Positions 35,699-45,930 of a stretch of 64,000 nt of DNA are shown piece after piece. Position numbers and translations under genes: made by a program. Numbering within the stretch: position 1 is the first letter of the stretch; every line of letters begins with the position of its first letter. Source of the stretch: Cyanophora paradoxa CCMP329 (Eukaryota > Plantae > Glaucophyta). The notes beneath the pieces were generated by a model. That model ran no database searches. It had not been told where the DNA came from and saw only the letters and a list, made by a program, of their open reading frames with translations. The DNA lies in assembly GCA_004431415.1 (NCBI GenBank), contig QPMI01000114.1:1-64000 (forward strand), read 5' to 3'.

Positions 35699-37627
35699 CC
35701 GCCCGTTGAAATTGCATTGAAATAGAATATAAGTTTAATAAAATATATTGAATTTATCCGTTTTTGCACCCTCAGCTTCCCCTTCCCATGGCCAGCCCCT
35801 CCGGCCTTCCCAGGAGCCCTCCCAGCCCGTAAAGAGACTCAGAGAGTGAGAGCAAAGTCCATTAGAGATAATTTAGTGTGACAGAGACTCTCCGCAGTGC
35901 GTAGGGTCCCTGCACGTGCTGCTCTGCGGATTGAAATTTCAATTGAATTTTCAAAGCTTTCAAAGGGTCGACTTTCAGTTTCAACGCCAAATTTTTGAAT
36001 TTCATGAAATTCACCAACCCTACACTGGGCCCACAGCCGTTTGGGGGCTTTCCCGTCAAAAATTTTCCCAGCGATCTGATTGGGCGAGCGGGGGCACCAG
36101 GAAGAGGCAATAACAGGTCCCACAACTCGCGCCGAGCGACCTCCGCTGGCGATGCGTATCGCACCTAGAGCGTCTTACGAGCGCGGGAAGCGATGCGGGA
36201 GCCGCGCGCCTTGCGCGGATCGCCCCGATGATGCGTGGAGCCAGCAAAAAAACGCGAAAAAAACGCGCTTTGCCTACCCCGTGAAGCAAAAGAACTCGCT
36301 TCCCGCACGCAATGGAGCTCCCTGAGAAGTGCAAGCGCAGTGTCGACGAGATAGGACCAGCCGCGCCGAGAAAGCCCACGCGTGCGACCAGCCGCCGCTC
36401 AGAGTGCGCTGCACGACCTGCCTTGGAAGCACGACGGAACTTCGAAGGATGTCCTTGGACGTTCAGGACGTCTCTGCCAGGCTGCTGTGCCCCTGCCCGT
36501 CGCGCAGCCGCCCGGCTGAACTGCTGCCGATCGGCTGAACTGCTGCCGATCGGCTGAACTGCTGCCGATCGCAGTACTAGTTGAACTGCTCCGCCGCTGG
36601 CTTCTGCAGTTCGTGAACCTGCTCATCCTGACTTGGGCAGCAGGGCGCGCGCCGGGCGCTGGTCGGAGTCGTAAACCGCCCGTTGAAATTGCATTGAAAT
36701 AGAATGTAAGTTTAATAAAATATATTGAATTTATCCGTTTTTGCACCCTCAGCTTCCCCTTCCCAGCCCCTCCGGCCTTCCCAGGAGCCCTCCCAGCCCG
36801 TAAAGAGACTCAGAGAGTGAGAGCAAAGTCCATTAGAGATAATTTAGTGTGACAGAGACTCTCCGCAGTGCGTAGGGTCCCTGCACGTGCTGCTCTGCGG
36901 ATTGAAATTTCAATTGAATTTTCAAAGCTTTCAAAGGGTCGACTTTCAGTTTCAACGCCAAATTTTTGAATTTCATGAAATTCACCAACCCTACACTGGG
37001 CCCACAGCCGTTTGGGGGCTTTCCCGTCAAAAATTTTCCCAGCGATCTGATTGGGCGAGCGGGGGCACCAGGAAGAGGCAATAACAGGTCCCACAACTCG
37101 CGCCGAGCGACCTCCGCTGGCGATGCGTATCGCACCTAGAGCGTCTTACGAGCGCGGGAAGCGATGCGGGAGCCGCGCGCCTTGCGCGGATCGCCCCGAT
37201 GATGCGCGGAGCCAGCAAAAAAACGCGAAAAAAACGCGCTTTGCCTACCCCGTGAAGCAAAAGAACTCGCTTCCCGCACGCAATGGAGCTCCCTGAGAAG
37301 TGCAAGCGCAGTGTCGACGAGATAGGACCAGCCGCGCCGAGAAAGCCCACGCGCGCGACCAGCCGCCGCTCAGAGTGCGCTGCACGACCTGCCTTGGAAG
37401 CACGACGGAACTTCGAAGGATGTCCTTGGACGTTCAGGACGTCTCTGCCAGGCTGCTGTGCCCCTGCCCGTCGCGCAGCCGCCCGGCTGAACTGCTGCCG
37501 ATCGGCTGAACTGCTGCCGATCGCAGTACTAGTTGAACTGCTCCGCCGCTGGCTTCTGCAGTTCGTGAACCTGCTCATCCTGACTTGGGCAGCAGGGCGC
37601 GCGCCGGGCGCTGGTCGGAGTCGTAAA
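35699..37627. repeat. ~0.97-kb tandem duplication (35699-36675 / 36676-37627) in a probable DNA-transposon end rich in TTGAAATT motifs
   Basis: Duplicated ORFs offset by 971 bp. The internal 19-bp unit ggctgaactgctgccgatc occurs 3x vs 2x. Confidence 0.9.
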
Positions 37628-37709
37628 GGCCTTGGCGAGCTGCAGCGCGCGCCGCGGCGGGGCCGCCGGGCTCGCCGAACGTGGCGGGTGGGCGGGCTCG
37701 CGGAGCGTG

Positions 37710-38700
37710 GCGGGAGACGCGGCGGGCGGCGGCGCGGCTCGCCGGGCGGGCGGGGCCCGGCGGGCCGGGCGAGGCGGAGGCGCGCGGGGCGGTGCGGGGC
37801 CCGGCGGGCGGCGGCGCGGCTCGCTGGACAGGGCGGAGACGCGCCGGGCGGCCCCCAGCCCGAGTCGCTGCGCGGGGCGGGGGCGCGGCGGCCGGCGGCA
37901 CGGCTCGCCGGGCGGGGCGGAGGCGCGGCGGGCGGCGGCGCAGCTCGCCGGCCGCGGGCGGGGCAGAGGCGCGGAGGGCGGCGGCGCGGCTCGCCGGCCG
38001 CGGGCGGGGCAGAGGCGCGGAGGGCGGCGGCGCGGCTCCGAGGCTCGCCGGCGGGGCGGAGGCGCTGCGGGCGGCGGCGCGGCGCACCGGGCGGGGCGGA
38101 GGCGCGGGGGCGGCGGCGCGGCTCGCCGGGCGGGCGGGGCCCGGTGGGCGGTGGCGGGGCTCGCCGGGCGGGGCGGGGCCCGGCGGGCCGGCGAGGCGGA
38201 GGCGCGCGGGGCGGTGCGGGGGCCCGGCGGGCGGCGGCGCGGCTCGCTGGACGGGGCGGAGGCGCGCCGGGCGGCCCCCAGCCCGAGTCGCTGCGCGGGG
38301 CGGGGGCGCGGCGGCCGCGGCACGGCTCGCCGGGCGGGCGGAGGCGCGGCGGGCGGCGGCGCGGCTCGCCCCGCGGGCGGGCAGAGGCGCGGAGGGCGGC
38401 GGCGCGGCTCGCCGGCCGCGGGCGGGGTAGAGGCGCGGAGGGCGGCGGCGCGGCTCCGAGGCTCGTCGGGCGGGTAGGGCGCTGCGGCGGCGGCGCGGCG
38501 CACCGGGCGGGGCGGAGGCGCGGGGCGGCGGCGCGGCTCGCCGGGCGGGGCGGGGCGCGGCGGGCGGCGGCGCGGCTCGCCGGGCGGGGCGGGGGCGCAG
38601 CGGGCGGCGGCGCGGCTCGCCGGGCGGGCGGGGGCCCGGCGGGCGGCAGCGGGGCTCGCCGGACGAGGCGGGGGGCGCGGCGGGCGGTGGCGGGATTCGG
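37710..38700. repeat. GC-rich degenerate tandem array (GGCGGCGGCGCGGCTCGCCGGGCG-like) with higher-order ~420-bp duplication
   Basis: Recurrent cgcggctcgccgg units; gcccccagcccgagtcgctgcgcggggcg occurs at ~37851 and ~38274. Confidence 0.8.
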
Positions 38701-41700
38701 ACGGGCGGCCGCCGGGCTGATCATGATCATGAGCTCGAGGGGCCCCATCCCTGCCATGTCCCACCGGCCCGACCCGCCCTGTTCTTGTACCTGTTGCCTT
38801 GTAGAGCATGTGAAGAACTCAAATAGCTTTCGTTTATCGCTTTTCTGGACCCAGCAGAGCCTGTGCCGTGCCTGGGTGCCGTGCCTTAGCCGCCTTCCCT
38901 CATTTTGACGGTCACGTCGACAAATATTGAACCACCAGCGCGCCATCTCGATATAAATGAGTGACATTCTGAAAGAATAGTATCTTATGAGTGTGTGTAC
39001 TCATTTTCGCAGCGAGCGCGAACGTTTCGGACGATCCACGTTAACATGAGTCTTCAGACCGGAGTATAGTACTAGACCTGACTTCACTAAGTTCGAATTC
39101 ATCTTCACATCTACTTCATCATCGAGAGACCTTCATGATCACCGCCTCGGAACGTTCGTTCGAAGCATGATATTTAAGTTCCGGAACGTTCGTCGAAGCA
39201 TGATATTTAAGTTAAAATGAGATATTTAGACTATGGTCATCTTGATTCCAAAGCGGGAAGTCGCTGGGAGTACTACGGTACTGGGTCTTTGATCATGAGG
39301 CGGGCGGGGCATGCTCGAGCTGCAGGCCTCCCGCGCGCGCGCGCTGGCCCGGCCCTGTGCGCTTGAGTGAAAAGCCGGTGCTAGTGCGGGTTAACCCCCG
39401 GCCGGAAGCCTAAACAAGACCCGCGGCTTGACCGCCGCGGCGGTACGCCGTGATAACCCGAGGGCACCTGCTCGTGCTCCGCCGCGTGCCGCAGGTGCAA
39501 CTTGCATGCAGCGGGGCGCGTCGTGCGGGCGCAGGTACGTTCTAAAGAAGATGAACATGCGACTGCAAGCGGCGAGAGCCTCGGGGAAGCCGAGCAGCTA
39601 AAGTCGCCCGCGGCTTAGGCCGCGCGCGGGGAAGTCCCGGGTCCGACTTGCAATTGGCGAGCCTCGGAGCGCGGGCCGCCGTGCGCTGATCATGATCATT
39701 TCAGGTCCGGCCACAAAGCTTAAGTTCCCTGCCAGGCTGCAGCTCACCATCCCATCCCTCGTTCCAAACAACGCAATGTGCTGAAAGCGTAGCGTCGAGT
39801 GCTTGATCATGACAGAATACGCATGAACAAATGCTATGCTATGCTACGGGTGGCGGCAGAGAGCGCCTGTTGCCGCAGCCGCAAGGAGCGCCAAGGATGC
39901 TTGCGGCGGGAGCCAGGAGAGCCGGCCACAGCGGCGGGGCTATGAGGGGCGCGGGCTGGGAGCCGGCTGGCCGCGGCGGGGACGATGGAACGCCGCGCGA
40001 CGACGGGCAGCGCCGGATGGCGCAGGGCGACAGAAAACTGGCCGAGGCTGGCGGGCAGCGCCGGGTGCATGCGGCGGGGAGGATGGGGCGGCATTGCCGC
40101 GGCACGGGACGATGGGTAGCGGGACGCAACAGATAGCGGCCGTGTGCCGCGTCGGGGCGAGCAGAAGAACTGGCGGCGGAACGGTGAGCAATTGGCGACC
40201 GACGCAAAAGAAAGAGAAAGGAAAGCGTCGCACCGCAACAAGCGGGACGCGCCCACAGCTGGCAAAGCTTCGATGCGCAGCTGCTCGCTGCGAGTATCGC
40301 CGCCACCGTAACCGTTCTGCAGCATGCCAGCAACTGGAGCATGTGAGAACAGCGGAAGGGAGGCGCACGTCGCGGGGCCGCGAACCATGTGAACTGCGAT
40401 GATTGACGATAGCGAAATGTCTCCGCAGTGTTTCCCTGCGGACAGACTGCGTCACACAGCTGGGAGGCAGGATCCGCGCAACTGGCCGGAAAAGCAACGC
40501 TCTGACCTGCGCAGGCTCTTATAATGAGTCTTTGGAGCCATTCTACACAGCTGGAACGCTTAGCTGTGGCCGGACCGTTGCATGCGATTCGCTAAAACGA
40601 CCGCACCGGCGCCTCCAGTCCCGCCTCAACATCTTCTGAGTTGTCACAGAGTCCTCTCAAGCTGCTGAGCTGCGCGAGAGACGAGGTGGTCAGGAAAACC
40701 TGCCGGCAAGCCGGCAAGCGTCGCACCTGCGGACGGCCTGGCTTGCGATGACGTCTGCCCGGTATTGAACCTGCGGACGACGGCGCGTGTGCGTGCGCTG
40801 GCAGGTGCGAGCGCCGGGGGCGAGAGGTTGCTTGGCAGCGGGCGGCAGTCTGTCTAGATGTGTATGTACCCTAGCGGCCTGAGGCCGGGGAGACGTACCC
40901 ACCCACGGGCGTCGACGCTGCTCCCGCTGTCCCTGGCACTGCGAGGCGAGTCTCATGGCAGAACCGCGTCAAGTTCCATATTCTTGCGGGGGAAGCGACG
41001 CCAACGGACTTTTCTTCTGGCGATCCACCCAAAGAGCCGAGCGACGAGACATTCTCACAGGAAATAACAGCAGGCAATTGCAACGGAATGGCAGCAGCAG
41101 CGGCAGCAGCGACTGCCGTATCTATATTCATGAAACAGGCAAGCCAACCAGTTCGGAAGCTTTTGACACGAGCTGTGGCTGCGGCTTCTCAGCATGGATA
41201 CCTGGCCATACAGCGGGAGGACGAGGAAGAACTTCATGGAGATAACCTGGACCAAGTTAGTGTAGAAGTTTCTATAGTTGCAGGGGAATCATATATTCGG
41301 CGTGCCACTGCTATACCTTCTAGGTCAAATATTTCGGTTTCCGATTCAGGTGTTTAAGCAACTGAGACTTGGATCAAGACAGAATGCCGTTTCATCAAAT
41401 GGGTCTTTTCAGGCATTATTATTGGTCTTGTTGGGTCCGCTGTGCTGTGCTGTGGCGCCCAGCTGTGCAACCAGCCCGTGCGCTACACACAGGATTGCGC
41501 CGTGGCTGCGGGGTGGTGGGTCTGTATTGGGAGCCGTGGCCATGGTGCAGTCCCGGAGGGTACAGCGAGACTACTGACTGGGGTACATGGTACGAGTGGC
41601 TCGACTCAGTGGAAACCAGGCTGGCAACAGCATATATTATGGTCCACCGTAGCACAAAAGGACAGTACAGTACGCATTGATCCACACAGTCAATTGCATG

Positions 41701-42627
41701 CAACGCACAGTAGCGTGTACATCACGTACATGTACGTATACATGTACATACATGTATAGCTAGTCTATCAGTACTAGTATACGTACAGAGTCATATATGC
41801 ATGACTCAGTGATCATGCCATGATGTGGGAAACCGGGTGAGATGGTATCATGATCACTGACAAGCATGCGCAGGGGGGCTCCGCCCCCCCGCACCCCCCC
41901 AGAATTTTTCAGAAAACTTAAAATGACCTGACTCAGTGATTCATATAATTATAAATAACTATCAGCATAAGAAAGGAGATCTAGAAGCTCTAGGGCTGAA
42001 TAACATTCTACTATCAAGTGAAGAAAGAAGAACAATTGATATATATCATATATGCTATATATGATCATCGGATGTTTTGATTTGGAAAACTTGAAAGCAC
42101 TTCGTTGTGCTTCTTGTTTTCTGTTGGCTGGGAGGAAACACTTCTTCATGATCATGGGCAAGCTTGACCGTACCTGGACATCATGATCAGTCGATCATCG
42201 AAATCGGAATCATAATTACACAAGCAACAATTGCAAATACGGCAAGGAAGGCGTGCTTGGGATTAATCTCTATAGCTAGCGCTAGATTGATATTCCAATG
42301 AACTCTTTCATTCACAATAACACTCGGAGAAGACAATCTTCAAAAAACACTTACTTGTACTTGCAATTGTTGTTTATAAATTAATTTGCTGTTGGCTGAG
42401 AGGAAACACTTGGTCTATTTGTCTGTTGTTTGCAAATTCCGAGAATCGAGCAGAAACTGAACCGGCACTGAACAGCACTTCAGAAAGAAAAAAAGGGAAG
42501 AAAAAGGACCTTTCCATTGAAATGACTGCCGGATACATAATTTGAGCCTGAAAACTCCACTCTGTGGCAAATCCTACTGCTTTGTACTTCCAAGCTCACT
42601 GGCAAGAGCAGCGGCTGCCACTGGTTT

Positions 42628-45600
42628 CGATTTTCAACTGTACTCCAATTTCTCACCCAGCTCGTACCATGCTTTCGACCCTCACTCCTTTGCAGACCAA
42701 GCCCCATTTCCTTCAAGCATATGATGTCTTTTATGGCCTTAAGACTGTTGGTGTCTCTGACGTGGTAGACCAATTTTTCCCGATCGAGCTTTCTTATTAT
42801 CAATCTGTTCTCCGTACTGCCCCTGAGTCCTCCAATGTTGCTGGCCCCTCTGGTGCTAAGCCACCCCGCTTCCTCATTCGCCTTGGCGCCCAAGCCTTCC
42901 TGGCTGAACTCAAAACGATGGCACATCGTCCCGCATCGCTGATATGGCTGCGCGCTCTGATATTCAGCGTCCTGCTTCGGCAAATTTGCTTGACAGTGAG
43001 CTCCTCTCCTCGCTATGCCCGGTCTGCCACCGGCGCTGCAATGCACTGCACGTTTTCGTCCTCTGCCCTGTTGTGCAGCAGTTCTGGTCGCTCATCTTCC
43101 ATGCCCTGCAGCTCCAGCCGATGCCCATTCCTTCCGCTCGCTTTGTTGCCTGGTTGCTTACTGGCTCGGTCCGTTTTGCTGACAGCTGGATGTTCTTGCA
43201 GAACTGGGAGTGGCAGGTTGTTCGGATTCTTGGATTGCACGTCATTTTCCGCTCGTATTGTCTGGCCTATCGAGCAGGTCGCACTGAAGCTGCGGCTACG
43301 TTTGCAATGGACCCTAACACACAGCTGCCCCTTACACCTTCCTCCAAGACGGGCTTGAAGGCCGCTACTCTGATGGCTGCCTTGTTCCGCGAACTGGACG
43401 ACTTTATGGACATGCTTCCTCGTCGTTTACCTCGATTTAAAGTCACCTATGTCCGTGGGTATTTCCGTTTCATCTCTACTGCTGACCCCTCTCATTCTTC
43501 ATTCTACGCTAATCTTTTAGACGCTGCGCGTGCTTATGACCATTCCCTAGCCTCTTATGAGCACTGTGAACATATTGCTCAGCCTGCCCTAGCCCCGATC
43601 TAGCCCCTAGCCCCTTGTGGCTCAGTTTCCTTATGCCAGTGTGCGGCCTGTCCTGCTGCAGCGTCTTGAAAAGGAGGATCTTGAAGGCTATATGTCCCTC
43701 CTGACAACGGCTCAGACTCCTCTGACCTTTCCGACCTTGGCCCTGATGATCCTGATGATTCCTCCAGTAGTACCTCATCAGATGATGACGACCCCCCTGG
43801 TGGACCCGACCCTGCCCCTGACCCTGGTCCTGTGGTTCACTCACCCCCTCACCCGCTGCCACCTCACCCGCCGCCCGATATTGACTCGGAGGATGAGCCG
43901 CCTCTTCAATGCCGTCGTGTTGGTGCTTCAGCGTTTGGTCTTGATGCTGCTATAGATGATACAGGTTCACCTCCGCCCTCTCCTCAAGTTATCATCTATG
44001 TGGATGACACTGAGCTTGCCCCTGATCTGCTGCCGATCTCTCCTATCCGAATCGACGCTGTTGATGTTGAGCCCGACTTCGCGAGTCATGCTGTCATTGC
44101 TTCCCTAGCTCCTCCCTCTTCTGCCCCTCTGCCTTCTTCTGCGCCTATGACGCCCATGGATACTGATCCTCTTTCTCCTTCTATTGTCCCGCCTAAGCGT
44201 CGTCGAATGTCTTCTCCAGACCCTGGTGCTCTGGATCCTGGTGATAACATTCCTGGTGTCCCACCTCAGGTTTCTTTCAAACGCTTGCGGCCTTCACCTC
44301 CTCCAACTCTCCCATCCGCTGCCCCTATGGATCTCGCTGATGACCCAGGTTCCCCAATGGTGCTTATCTCTGACGAAGAGGCTGATGACATGACTGATGG
44401 CTGAAGGTTTCACACGTGAGGTCGTGACCAGGACTCCCCCAGGCCGGCATTAGGAAGAGGCCCGCATTGGGATGTCTGTGGTTGCTTTCCGTGTCTGCGT
44501 GTATGAGCGCCGGACCGCCGGGGCATACATGGTAGACCGTAAGGCGTTTGCGCCGCCACTACCCTTGTCTGGTTGGTTCACTGTCGATTGTGCTTCAGGC
44601 CTTCGGGTCCTTCGCCTTTCGTCAAAACCGCACAACCGGCTCGGGCGTGTCTTATACATACTCTTCTTCTTCAAAACGATGGCACTTAACCTTTCCAAGC
44701 CAGATTGTGTCTTTATGTCTTCGCTTCCTGTTGAGCGTGTAGAGCTGAATTCTGAGAACACCATCCCCTTCAATCCCTTCAAACTCGCTGGCTTGGATAA
44801 ATCCATTCCTTCTCCAGTTTTTCTGGCAGCTGCTTTTACTCAGCCTGTACTTGATATGGTCGCTAAGACCACTTTCACTGGCTCTGGCTCCCGCTATGAT
44901 CTTCTTTGTCGCCCTGAGCTTGGTGATTTCCCTGCTGCTCATACCGATCGTGCTCATCTTAGTCTCATTTTGAAAGTGCCCTTGGCTTCTATGCTCTTCC
45001 AGAGCCTCGAGCGTCGTACTAGTTTCATCAAGCCTCGGCCCGCTCGGCCCCTCGCCATGCGTTCCCTCATGATTCTTGGCTCGGATAACTACATTCACAA
45101 ATTTTATGTGCAGACTCTTCTTCCTGAGTACTCTTCTCTTGAGTATTATTCCTCTCTTGCTCACAATGGCAAGGCTCTCGATCCTTCTTCTTACTCTTTT
45201 GCCTCCACCTCTCCTTGCTACCAGATCCCTTGCCAGGAGCCTGACAAAAATTACAGCATTCTTGATGTCGATGAGCACACCTTCTTGTACCACTTCCATC
45301 AGGATCCCATGTTTTACTTTTTGCCTGCCTCTGTGCGCCCCCGCCTCGATGCTTTTTATGATGAGGCTCGCAAGCAGCTGGCCCTTGAGAAATCGTTTTC
45401 TGATTCATTTGAGGAAGGTCAGCATCTCGATGGCACTGGCCGTAGCCCTAGTGCTAAGCGTTCTCGCCCCTCTGATCCCTCTACTCCTTCTGGTTCTAAT
45501 GACACAATTGTGTAATTTTCTTCTGTACTTCTAATCTTGAATGATCGTCTTCGGTTTCCCTCTCTCCCGTCTTCCCTAACACCCTGTCTGGCCTGGTAGG

Positions 45601-45831
45601 GAGCAGGTCAGTTCAGTAAGTTAGGGCTTTTTCTTTGCATGGGGACCCTACGGCCCGGGTAGGGACTTTGTGCAGCTTGTCTTTCGCAGGTTCTCGAGAG
45701 CATCTCTCATCACTACCCACTGCTAGTGGGTCCCTGACGGAGCCTTGCAAGCTCCTTTAGGGGCCTCTGCGGTTCTGTCATACCCAGTCTTGCTGGCGTG
45801 GGCGTGTCTTTTACTTGCTCTCTCTCTCTCT
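42628..45831 (+). mobile_element. 5'-truncated retroposed copy of an RT-less single-ORF element, interrupted by a nested LINE fragment
   Basis: 13-bp TSD ctgccactggttt (42615-42627, 45832-45844) and (TC)n 3' tail. Near-identical to the reverse complement of 45931-47371. Confidence 0.88.
42925..44670 (+). mobile_element. 5'-truncated LINE (L1/Tx1-like zf-RVT C-terminus plus 3' UTR), nested insertion
   Basis: 15-bp TSD tcaaaacgatggcac (42910-42924, 44671-44685). Encodes CPVCHRRCNALHVFVLCPVVQQFW and ends in a (TCT)n tail. Confidence 0.88.
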
Positions 45832-45930
45832 CTGCCACTGGTTTTTTTTGATGCCACAGAGTCACATGTCACTCAGTGACTTTACCTTGTCCTGTGGAAC
45901 CCGTCTCAGTGACCACAGTGAATCAAAAAA

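Noticed and set aside
37027-38967. 646-aa and 541-aa ORFs
   Set aside because: They run through a GC-rich tandem array with no domain motifs.
39400-41700. Possible gene(s) from several short ORFs
   Set aside because: No recognisable domain or consistent exon chain.
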